Assembly: GCF_037042905.1 (NCBI RefSeq)
Contig: NC_087247.1
Location: 9,548,001 to 9,612,000, forward strand
Reading direction: 5' to 3'
Origin: Lytechinus pictus
Taxonomy: Eukaryota
Length of the DNA: 64,000 bases
Shown: one piece after another, positions 50,101-61,414 of the stretch
Layout: each line of letters starts with the position of its first letter
Numbering within the stretch: position 1 is the first letter of the stretch
Translations under genes and position numbers: made by a program
Notes under the pieces: model-generated
What the model saw: the letters and a program-made list of their open reading frames with translations, nothing else
Told to the model about the DNA's origin: nothing
Database searches by the model: none

Positions 50101-51019
50101 CAGGCCTGCCAACTTCCTTTTTTTCCAGGAGTAACCCCAAAAAAGAGGAGCACTGCGTTTTTTCCATTTATTTAAGATAAAAAATAATTCAGCCCATATA
50201 TGTATTTGTGTGGTGGGGTATGGGTGTGTGTATGGATGAAAGAGTAATATAGTTTTTCAACACTTGTAATTTGTCAATGTTTAAATATAAGAATCCTGAA
50301 CATGTCTTAAAGGGGAATCCAGCCTTGGCCATAAAATGTTGTGTTGGGAAGGAGAAAAATAAATTAAACAGAATGGTGAAAGTTTGAAAGAAATCGGACA
50401 AGCAATAAGAAAGTAATAGCTGTTATAAAATTGAGATCACTAATACTATGTAGATTTCAAATTGGCAACTGGGGAAGTAAATTATGACAAGGGGCAAGGA
50501 CAACTTTCCCATAGGCCATGTACTTTATTATCAGGGATTTGTGGTTTTCTCCTAAGTACCCATTCCCCTGGGGCAGTAATCTAAATATAACCCAGGTAGT
50601 ATATTGTTTTATGTCCTCATGAAAGAAAAATATAATTTGAAATAAAACTTTTAGGAAAAATGACATTTTAGCCATAATATGTATTGGAGTACATGAAAGA
50701 GTAGTCCTTGCCTTACATCACTATGACATCCCATATGCGGCCAATTTGAAGTCTCCATGGGTATAGTGATTACCAAGATTTACAACTTTTAAAAATTCAT
50801 AACTTTCTTGTTGTTTGTCCAATATTGTTCAAACTTTCACATATCAACTTGTCAGATTTGTCTTTTCCTTATAAAAACAAGTTTTCATTTGGGTTGGATT
50901 TCCCTTTAATGATTTAAAGAAGTGAGGTATACTCACCTGACATCAATAAAAAAAAACATCAAGTAAGCTGCGCGATTAGGAATCCTTTTTTTTTTCATTT
51001 TCTAATGTTGGCAGGCCTG
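50101..51019. mobile_element. TIR element with 6-bp TSD, interrupted by a nested MITE
   Basis: 13-bp TIR caggcctgccaac / gttggcaggcctg; taatgg on both flanks. Confidence 0.7.
50311..50905. mobile_element. TTAA-flanked MITE, family C copy 2 (nested)
   Basis: TTAA-aggggaatccagcc ... ggttggatttccct-TTAA. Confidence 0.85.
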
Positions 51020-51042
51020 TAATGGTAATTAACAAAAAAAAA

Positions 51043-51290
51043 ATAATAATAGGTATTTGTATAGCGCCATCTATCTAGGAACGATCTATTCCGAGGCGCA
51101 TTGTTATTATTATTACCCCGGCTTTCAAGGAATTAATCCTGCCGGGTAACCATTCACCTCACCTGGGTCGAGTGCAGCACAGTGTGGATAAATTGCTTGC
51201 TGAAGGAAAACACGCCATGGCCAGGAATTGAACCCACGACCCTCTGTTTGAAAGGCGAGAGTCAGAACCACTAGACCACGACGCACCCAC
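51043..51290 (-). mobile_element. tRNA-derived SINE, same core as 45843-46145 but different tail
   Basis: A-box tggtctagtgg, B-box ggttcaattcc, shared core, tail gcgcc...ggcgctatacaaat(att)n. Confidence 0.85.
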
Positions 51291-52164
51291 CATTACCATG
51301 ATAGTAGGGCTCAGCAGCCATCAAAACCAAGGTTAAGGATTGTAAAGTTTGTTACCATAATGGTAAATTTTGTGCAACAGGACACCGGAGGGGGGGGGGG
51401 CTGTTCATCATCCATGAAAGTAGAAAAATGTGTTAAATGATTGCTTTTTTATCGTTTTGTGAACAGGATGCATATTGGGTTTCTAACGGGATCTGATATT
51501 TTGATTGAATGGGCCAGTTCCATCAGGTTAGAAACATGTAGCATCCTTGAACGTGATATGAAAGATACACCAACAATACGGTACAAGGATGTTTTTCTTG
51601 ATAGTAACAAGTTTGTTTTTAGTCTTGGCAGTTATTTTATCAATCATATGATATGTTTCTTTTTTTTTTTCACTGTACATAAATGTTAGGAGGAATTCCT
51701 AATTATTATAGTTTGTAAATATGTTGTAAATATTTAAGACTGTATTAATCTATCAATGAATGTCGTTATTGAAAACTTTTCCTATTTAAATATAATTGTC
51801 ATCGTTAACTTTGCAGTAATTTTTTACATGTGTGTGTATTTATCTATGTAGATGATGGTGATGGGAAGATGAGTGGTACTGGAATAGTAAAGAGATTATG
51901 GCCAACAGTTTTGTTAAGAAAGAGAGCGAGAAGGAATATTGAAAGTTGAGAGGGAAAGGAGCTGAGAATTAATACAGAATGTGTGAAGGAGAAAATGATA
52001 TTGTGGAGAGAGAGAAAAAAAAGGTGATAGGAGAGATAAAGTACTGTAAGAGATGCATGCATATGAGGAAAAAGACACGTAGAGTAGATCAGGTTAAGGA
52101 GACGTTTGTTAATTGAAAGGTGAGAGCTATCCAAAGAACATAATCTGCATTATCATACTTTTTT

Positions 52165-55100
52165 CTTCATAATCACCATCACAGCCATCGTCACCATCTT
52201 CATTATCACCATCACAACAATCGTCATCATCTTTATTATCACCATCACAACCATCGTCACCATCTTCATGATCACCATGACAGCCATCGTCACCATCTTC
52301 ATCATCACCATCACAACCATCTTCATTATCACCATCACAGCCATCGTCACCATCTTCATAATCACCATCACAACCATCGTCATCATCTTCATTATCACCA
52401 TCACAACCATCGTCACCATCTTCATGATCACCATGACAGCCATCGTCATCATTTTCATGATCACCATCACAACCATCGTCACCATCTTCATTATCACCAT
52501 CACTACAACCATCCTCACCATCTTCATCATCACCATCAAAACCATCACAACCATCTTCATCACCATCACAACCATCGTCACCATCTTCATGATCACCATG
52601 ACAGCCATCGTCACCATCTTCATTATCACCATCACAACCATCGTCACCATCTTCATTATCACCATCACAGCCATCGTCACCATCTTCATAATCACCATCA
52701 CAACCATCGTCATCATCTTCATTATCACCATCACAACCATCGTCACCATCTTCATGATCACCATGACAGCCATCGTCATCATTTTCATGATCACCATCAC
52801 AACCATCGTCACCATCTTCATTATCACCATCACTATAACCATCCTCACCATCTTCATCATCACCATCAAAACCATCACAACCATCTTCATCACCATCACA
52901 ACCATTGTCACCAACTTCATAATCACCATCACAACCATCGACACCATCTTCATAATCACCATCGTCACCATCTTCATTATCACCATCACTACAACCATCC
53001 TCACCATCTTCACGATCACCATCACAGCCATCGTCACCAACTTCATAATCACCATCACAACCATCTTCATTATCACCATCACAACCATCGTCACCAACTT
53101 CATAATCACCATCACAACCATCGTCACCATCTTCATTATCACCATCACAGCCATTGTCACCATCTTCATTATCACCATCACAGCCATTGTCACCATCTTC
53201 ATTATCACCATCACAGCCATTGTCACCATCTTCATTATCACCATCACAACCATCGTCACCATCTTCATTATCACCATCACAGCCATCGTCACCATCTCCA
53301 TCATCACCATCACAGCCATTGTCACCATCTTCATTATCACCATCACAGCCATCGTCACCATCTTCATTATCACCATCACAGCCATCGTCACCATCTTCAT
53401 TATCACCATCACAGACATCGTCACCATCTTCATTATCACCATCGTCACCATCTTCATTATCACCATCACAGCCATCGTCATCATCTTCATTATCACCATC
53501 ACAGCCATCGTCACCATCTTCATAATCACCATCACAACCATCGTCACCATTTCATCATCACCAACTTCATAATCACCATCACAGCCATTGTCACCATCTT
53601 CATGATCACCATCACAGCCATCATCACCATCTTCATTCTCACCATCACAGCCATCTTCATCATCTTCATAATCACCATCACAGCCATCTTCCCCATCTTC
53701 ATTATCACCATCACAACCATCGTCACCATCTTCATTATCACCATCACAACCATCGTCACCATCTTCATGATCACCATCACAGCCATCGTCACCATCTTCA
53801 TAATCACCATCACAACCATCGTCACCATCTTCATGATCACCATCACAGCCATCGTCACCATTTTCATTATCACCATCACAACCATCGTCATCATCTTTAT
53901 TATCACCATCACAACCATCGTCACCATCTTCATTATCACCATCACAGCCATCGTCACCATCACATCCATCTTCATCATCTTCATAATCACCATCACAGCC
54001 ATCTTCCCCATCTTCATTATCACCATCACAGCCATCGTCACCATCTTCATTATCACCATCACAACCATCTTCATAATCTTCATTATCACCACAGCCATCT
54101 TCCCCATCTTCATTATCACCATCTTCATGATCACCATCACAGCCATCGTCATCATCTTCATAATCACCATCACAGCCATCGTCACCATCTTCATTATCAC
54201 CATCACAGCCATCGTCACCATCTTCATTATCACCATCGTTACCATCTTCATTATCACCATCACAGCCATTGTCACCATCTTCATGATCACCATCACAACC
54301 ATCGTCACCATCACAGCCATCGTCACCATCTTCATTATCACCATCACAGCCATCGTCACCGTCTTCATTATCACCAACACAGCCATCTTCACCATCTTCA
54401 TTATCACCATCACAGCCATCGTCACCATCTTCATTATCACCATCACAGCCATCGTCACCATCTTCATTATCACCATCGTCACCATCTTCATTATCACCAT
54501 CACAACCATCGTCACCATCTTCATTATCACCATCACTACAACCATCCTCACCATCTTCATGATCACCATCACAGCCATCGTCACCATCTTCATTATCAAC
54601 ATCACAACCATCGTCACCATCTTCATAATCACCATCACAACCATCGTCACCATCCTCATTATCACCATCACAGCCATCGTCACCATCTTCATAATCACCA
54701 TCACAACCATCGTCATCATCTTCATTATCACCATCACAACCATCGTCACCATCTTCATGATCACCATGACAGCCATCGTCATCATTTTCATGATCACCAT
54801 CACAACCATCGTCACCATCTTCATTATCACCATCACTACAACCATCCTCACCATCTTTATGATCACCATCACAACCATCGTCATCATCTTCATTATCACC
54901 ATCACAACCATCGTCACCATCTTCATTATCACCATCACAGCCATCGTCACCGTCTTCATTATCACCAACACAGCCATCTTCACCATCTTCATTATCACCA
55001 TCACAGCCATCGTCACCATCTTCATTATCACCATCACAGCCATCGTCACCATCTTCATTATCACCATCGTCACCATCTTCATTATCACCATCACAACCAT

Positions 55101-55785
55101 CGTCACCATCTTCATTATCACCATCACTACAACCATCCTCACCATCTTCATGATCACCATCACAGCCATCGTCACCATCTTCATTATCAACATCACAACC
55201 ATCGTCACCATCTTCATAATCACCATCACAACCATCGTCACCATCCTCATTATCACCATCACAGCCATCGTCACCATCTTCATAATCACCATCACAACCA
55301 TCGTCATCATCTTCATTATCACCATCACAACCATCGTCACCATCTTCATGATCACCATGACAGCCATCGTCATCATTTCCATGATCACCATCACAACCAT
55401 CGTCACCATCTTCATAATCACCATCACAACCATCGTCACCATCCTCATTATCACCATCACAGCCATCGTCACCATCTTCATAATCACCATCACAACCATC
55501 GTCATCATCTTCATTATCACCATCACAACCATCGTCACCATCTTCATGATCACCATGACAGCCATCGTCATCATTTCCATGATCACCATCACAACCATCG
55601 TCACCATCTTCATTATCACCATCACTACAACCATCCTCACCATCTTTATGATCACCATCACAACCATCGTCATCATCTTCATTATCACCATCACAACCAT
55701 CGTCACCATCTTCATGATCACCATGACAGCCATCGTCATCATCTTCATAATCACCATCACAACCATCGTCACCATCTTCATACCA
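52165..55785. repeat. 3.6-kb minisatellite, 33-bp unit (accatcacaaccatcgtcaccatcttcattatc), (CAT/GAT)n-derived
   Basis: Directly visible; rare variants recur 591 bp apart (54598/55189; 54371/54962). Confidence 0.97.
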
Positions 55786-56659
55786 TGAAACCAAGCATTT
55801 CGATAAGTTTACTCCTTCCAAATCTTTAATTTTTAATTCATAATGTACCAAACCAATAGAAGAATCGAGTAAATCATTTAATACATAATTTTCCGTACAT
55901 AATGCATGAAGTGAATAATGTGATGAAAATTACGACCAGTAATCTTGTGAAAGATTTCCTATTTAAAAAAATGTAATTTGTGTATATGAAATAATACTCA
56001 TGTTGATATTTGCACAATATTCTGGCAAGAATAAATATATAAAGAGAGCCAAAAACGCTCATTCTGAAAGTCAGGAAAATAATCGTCTTTATTAATTAAT
56101 CTAAGATTTAGCAAGAACGCAATTTAATGTCATTTTCATATATTAAAACTGTTATACCTCAATTATTATCTTCCTATCAATCGGACTTCTCTAATTTGCG
56201 AAATCAGTCCTGAGAATAAAACAATAACCGTGAATTTTAGGAAAAAAACAAAGATATAACATTTTCTTAACCTCCATGTATTCGCTCAAACCAATATAGA
56301 TGAATTTCTTTTCATTAGGTTTACCGATTGTACCAAACTGCAGTTCAATAATTAGATTAAATCTACCGTTTATTTTTCATGAATGTATCGCAGGAATTTT
56401 CCCAAAGAAGCTCTAGGGATTATTATGTTTATGAGTAAAATTATTGCCTACTAAACGGCAATATATAATTTTATTTGCTTTTGATATCGTATACTGCTGT
56501 GAAAAAAGTTCCAAGAAGCGTCTAACGATCTCACTATAAAGCATTAACCAAAAGATCCAAGGAGCATGTTACTGCCAGTTCGCCATCACCATCCATCATC
56601 GTCATATTACGAAACAAATTTCCTTCACTTGCTGATACACGTACAAGCGATCTTGGTGT

Positions 56660-56676
56660 CTAACTTGAAGTAACAG
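56660..56676 (-). CDS. Strongylocin-2-like antimicrobial peptide, exon 4 of 4
   Basis: tctttttttgcag acceptor; AVTSS*. Confidence 0.8.
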
Positions 56677-56944
56677 CTGCAAAAAAAGATAAAAAGCCGG
56701 TAATAAACAATAAATAAGTCACATTAGGTGTGTGTTTTCGAGAAAAGAAAATAAAGCAGCGTAGAAAGGTTGTTTTTATTATTTTGCGGCAACATGAAGA
56801 AAAATACATTATATGTTTTCGCTTGTAGTTGTTTGCCTCAAATTAAATACATAACTGTTATTACACGGAGAATTTCAGTTTGATAATTGTTATGATTAAA
56901 AAAAATTCAAAGTGTATGATTATTATTATAATGTTTAGTCTTAC

Positions 56945-57022
56945 CTGTGCACGACGGTGTGGTATTCTTCCCAAACACGACGATATGACAGCAGATGTAA
57001 TCTGCGCAAGTTTCATGCCCTC
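56945..57022 (-). CDS. Strongylocin-2-like antimicrobial peptide, exon 3 of 4
   Basis: GGHETCADYICCHIVVFGKNTTPSCT; ag/gtaag boundaries, phase 1/1. Confidence 0.9.
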
Positions 57023-57665
57023 CTACGTGAAATCACACAGAATATTATATTAAAATAACGAAATATGAATAACACATTATATACAACTCTATGTTGTTGT
57101 TTTTTCTGTAAAAGAAAGAAGAATTTTAAAAAAATGTAACATTAATCATTAGGTTTGCAGTTTCTTATAAATGACCCTCAATTTTTATTAGTATATAGTA
57201 TAGTATAGTTAATTCAAACTAGATCAGACACAACAATGGTATAATGCATAACGTGAAAGAACTCAGAATTTAGCCTTTTCATGTATTTCTGCATTTTTTA
57301 AAGATTAGTCTCTTAATAACAAAATTCAAAATCACGTAATTCTTGGTCGAACGAAGAACCCAATTATACAATTCCCTAACAAGACACACCATACAACATG
57401 TATACAATTTGTGGCAATGATACATCACCAAAAATAGTTTACATTTTAATAGGTAGAACACGACTGAAGTTTTGTGGATTGCCTCGGTGGCAATTAATTG
57501 AAACGCATCTTTTCATTAGATTATCATGCAGTTATGTTAATTTGTCGGATTTCTTTGTTCGATATTTGTTCAGTTTGACTTACGTTATTGAAAATAAACT
57601 GAAAATTTCTTGAAACAGTAAAAAACAAAAAAAGACGAATAGCTTTACCAAACACGTCATTTTAC

Positions 57666-57764
57666 CTGTTGTTTGACACTTTTTAGTTTGCTCGCAAGTG
57701 CGATGTGCTACCTTTTTGCGAAGCTTTGTTAACGCGCCCCAAGATTCTTCTCTCGCATTGGAAT
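57666..57764 (-). CDS. Strongylocin-2-like antimicrobial peptide, exon 2 of 4
   Basis: tttttcctttcag acceptor; DSNAREESWGALTKLRKKVAHRTCEQTKKCQTT; phase 1/1. Confidence 0.9.
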
Positions 57765-58286
57765 CTGAAAGGAAAAACACACATTTACGACTTGTTTCAT
57801 TAAAAAATATCGATGATAATGAAAACATTGCATAGTAGTATACCGGACTTTTTAAAGAGTTTTATAAATAGACAGCTGTGTAAGATTTTCAGGATATATT
57901 CGATTAGAATTCTAATTCTATAACATCGGGTTTTTTAAATTGAAATCGCTATCATTGCTCATCTTGTGTGATATAGGAATGTTATGAACCGGACCAAGTC
58001 TTTTGGCTTCTTTTGTGTCTTTGAAAGAGACTTCTCTCGTGAGAGCTCAGCTTTTTAGCTGGGGTTTTGATTTCAGGTTTATTTTGCTTTTCGGTTGGCA
58101 AATTATCATGGAGCTCTTCCGATTTCAGCCCTTTTCAACTCTCTCAAGCTTTTTTTATCTGCACACCCCTATGATTAGTTCATACCAGTCATTGAGTGAA
58201 GGTCGTGCATCATTTCGATTCTTGAATTGGACAGTCTTTATTCAGTCACAAATTAGATGCAATCGTCTAAGAAAGAATATATATGT

Positions 58287-58290
<4 letters not shown>

Positions 58291-58367
<77 letters not shown>
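58291..58367. repeat. (TA)n microsatellite
   Basis: Directly visible. Confidence 0.95.
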
Positions 58368-58371
<4 letters not shown>

Positions 58372-58541
58372 GTAAAACCATCTATGTAATAAATATGTAT
58401 TCCGTTTCCCCACTTTCCGCTCAAAGTAACAACTTATATTTTCTCCCAATGGGAGCCTAATTTTCTACCAGCACTGCTTTTTATTTAGGCTCCTCACTCT
58501 TTTTACATTTTGTACAGCTTTGGCACCCGAGCCACTAACCC

Positions 58542-58613
58542 GTCTCTGTGGTCTAGTGGTTAAGGCACCGGCGTTCAAAGCTGGGGGCCCGGGTTCGATT
58601 CCCGGCAGAGACA
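58542..58613 (+). tRNA. tRNA-like gene, anticodon TCA, short variable arm (opal-suppressor-like or repeat-borne pseudo-tRNA), copy 1
   Basis: GTCTCTG/CAGAGAC acceptor stem, D-stem GTCT/AGGC, anticodon stem CCGGC/GCTGG with loop GT-TCA-AA, T-arm CCGGG-TTCGATT-CCCGG, A73, then TTTTTT. Confidence 0.7.
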
Positions 58614-58945
58614 TTTTTTCGGCATCACCAATTTTTCCAAAGGGTAGATAGCTCTGGGGAACCTTGATTTAAGCTACGCCTACCATTGTTCTCTTCATTA
58701 ATTTCTTTACAATATTTAAAATAAAAGAGTTTCCAAAGCTGTTGTACATGTATAACTTCACATATTTGTATACTTTCCCATATGTGTACTGTATCAAAGC
58801 AATAGCTTTGATCCAGCTGAGGCATGGCGGCTTGTCATTGTTCAAAACCCACCTTCACCCGACAAAGGAAATTATAATTGGTATAGTGTCGAAAATCTGT
58901 CTATCTGACGGTCAATCGGATCGGGGTCGCCCGAGCCACTAACCC

Positions 58946-59017
58946 GTCTCTGTGGTCTAGTGGTTAAGGCACCGGCGTTCAAAGCTGGGGGCCCGGGTTC
59001 GATTCCCGGCAGAGACA
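58946..59017 (+). tRNA. tRNA-like gene, anticodon TCA, copy 2
   Basis: Identical to 58542-58613. Confidence 0.7.
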
Positions 59018-59176
59018 TTTTTTCGGCATCACCAATTTTTCCAAAGGGTAGATAGCTCTGGGGAACCTTGATTTAAGCTACGCCTACCATTGTTCTCTTC
59101 ATTAATTTCTTTACAATATATATATATATATATATATATTAATGAGGCAAAGTGGTAATGCATTGTACTTTGTTCC

Positions 59177-59318
59177 NNNNNNNNNNNNNNNNNNNNNNNN
59201 NNNNNNNNNNNNNNNNNNNNNNNNNNNNNNNNNNNNNNNNNNNNNNNNNNNNNNNNNNNNNNNNNNNNNNNNNNNNNNNNNNNNNNNNNNNNNNNNNNNN
59301 NNNNNNNNNNNNNNNNNN
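59177..59318. other. Assembly gap
   Basis: N run. Confidence 1.
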
Positions 59319-59539
59319 TCTGCTCGGAGTTGGTCCAATAAACAATTCAAAAAGAAATAAAAACTCCGTAATGAAAAGTATTTCACGAATTTTCGCCCAA
59401 AGGGCTTTGTCAAGTGATTTATTGATTAAGATCAACTTTGAAAATGCGTCAAGATCAACAACAGTAAAGCGCGCACTCTCTCAAGGAGCGCCCCTGATGT
59501 AGGCGCACCCGACAGAGGGGCGCTCTTACCATGGACCTA

Positions 59540-59990
59540 CTACGAAACAAGGAAAGAGAGGAGGGAAGGAGACGAGGAAATAAAGGAGAAGGGATCAGAG
59601 AATAAACGAAAGAAATGAAAAGAAAACGAAAAAAGAAAAACGGGAAAGCAGAAACAAGAAAGAAAGAGAAGCAGTTGGAAAAAAGCAAACATAATGAGGA
59701 ACAGAGAGTAGAATGAACAGAAAATTGATAAAATAGAGAGAGAGAGGGAGATAGAGAAGATCGAGGAGAGAGATAGAAGAGAGAGAGGTGGGAGACACAG
59801 AGAAGGGGTGAAATAGAAATAGAAATAGAAAAACAAAAAGAATAAAAGAAAAGAGCTAGAGACAAATATAGGGGCGGAGTGGGAGAAAGAAAATAGAAGA
59901 ATAGGCAAGAATATACCAGCTAAGGAAGAGAAAGAGGGAGAGAGAACGAATGAGAAAAAGGGGGAGGGGAGAGAGCAAGAGAAAGAAATG
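59540..59990. repeat. GA-rich polypurine low-complexity tract
   Basis: Predominantly A/G on the + strand. Confidence 0.8.
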
Positions 59991-60017
59991 GCCATTGTGT
60001 ACCTTATGTTTAAATGA

Positions 60018-60054
<37 letters not shown>

Positions 60055-60087
60055 CATACATTAATATACATGCAGGCCTATACTTAC

Positions 60088-60184
60088 CATCATCCGCTAA
60101 TTCATCAAAGAGCTGTGAAGCCATTGTTTGAGACAGGATCACCAAAGTGATGAGAAGAATGAAAGATGCCTTTCGAATATACAT
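60088..60184 (-). CDS. Strongylocin-2-like antimicrobial peptide, exon 1 of 4 (signal peptide and acidic pro-region)
   Basis: caaaATG; MYIRKASFILLITLVILSQTMASQLFDELADD then gtaagt donor, phase 1. Confidence 0.87.
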
Positions 60185-60830
60185 TTTGATGATATGCTAC
60201 AGAAGAAACGAAAGAACGATTCCAATCTCAACTTAACTGAAACGAGCTCCCGGGACGAGTTCACCCCAATATGGAATAGTTGAGAATGGTTGAAAGTGGG
60301 ATTTAGCTGAGATTAATATAGCAGAAGGGTGCTGTTTTAACCCCTTATCAACATTGCAGTTAACGAAGTCGATAGTATATGTCAACCCCACAAGATGATG
60401 GATGGACATCGTGTATAGGCTTACATTAATCCTGTTCGTATTCTGTTATCCTAAACGCTATTGCAGGTATGGACATATGGCAACCAAGGTATTGTTCTTG
60501 ATTAAAAACAATGTAATTGAAAAACAGAATTGATGTCGTATTATTATAGGCCTATATTTTGATCTATGAAATTGTATAAGCAACATACGATCACAATAAG
60601 CCTATATCCTGTCTAAGCCTCATGAATATTGTAGACCTTTGTTTTAGGAGGAGACGGGGAGGAGACCCGATTTGTTACTTCCCGGCCTCCGCGGCGGCCT
60701 CGTTTTGCCGCGCCTCGGCCTTGCCACGTTTCGACCGAGGCCGGTTTTGAGCCGAAGTTCTCATGTCTTCGAGTGAATTCAAGATTCAGCAACTATTTAC
60801 TATATATTTTTTTCAACAATATTTCATTAA

Positions 60831-61414
60831 GGTCAAGTCCACCCTTTGATTTGAATCCATAGAGATAAATCAAACAAGAATAATGCTGAAAATTTCATAA
60901 TCGGATGTAAGATAAGAAAGTTATGACATTTTAAAGTTTCGCTTATTTTTCACAAAACATATGCACAACTCATTGATATGCAAATGAGAGAGTTGATGAT
61001 GTCACGCACTCAGTATTTATTTTGTTTTTTATTGTTTGAAGTATACAATATTTCATTTTTCACAGATTTGACAATAAGGTCCCTCTTGGTTGAACCACAA
61101 AATGTTCAAACAATCATGACAATGGTAATTCCATGTTCAGGGAGAAATAAAACCTTGTTAATTCTCATGACAATAAATAGAAAATTGAAATATTTCATAT
61201 TTCATAATAACAAAATACAAAAGCAATAGTGAGTTGGTGATGTCATCAGACCAGGATGTGCGTATAACTGTTTTGTGAAATTACTATATGTGAAACTTTA
61301 AAGTGTCATAACTTTCTCATTTTAAGTCTGATTTTGATGAATTTTTTTGTGTTATGCGAGTTCGATTTTTCTCTTTTTATTCAAATCAACTTTTTGTTGG
61401 GGTAGACTTGTCCT
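60831..61414. mobile_element. TTAA-type MITE, family B copy 3 (opposite orientation)
   Basis: ggtcaagtccaccc ... ggtagacttgtcct-TTAA. Confidence 0.8.

Larger units (their letters stand above)
58526..59119. repeat. Two identical 190-bp direct repeats (58526-58715, 58930-59119), each containing a tRNA-like gene
   Basis: Base-by-base identical; period 404 bp; second copy runs into (TA)n. Confidence 0.92.

Noticed and set aside
52153-55851. ORFs of 1232, 745, 728 and 434 aa as protein-coding genes
   Set aside because: Products of a triplet-periodic minisatellite open on both strands; no ATG or signal peptide for the acidic frame. Kept only as a finding.
58003-58460. ORFs with (YI)n runs, also 32707-33006 and 59540-60150
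   Set aside because: Translations of (TA)n microsatellites and polypyrimidine tracts; only 60088-60184 is exonic.
58542-58613. Selenocysteine tRNA
   Set aside because: 4-nt variable loop and standard 7/5 acceptor/T geometry; tRNA-Sec has a long extra arm.
58790-58870. SECIS element in the cassette spacer
   Set aside because: ATGA is present on the minus strand but without correctly spaced AA loop and GA quartet partner.
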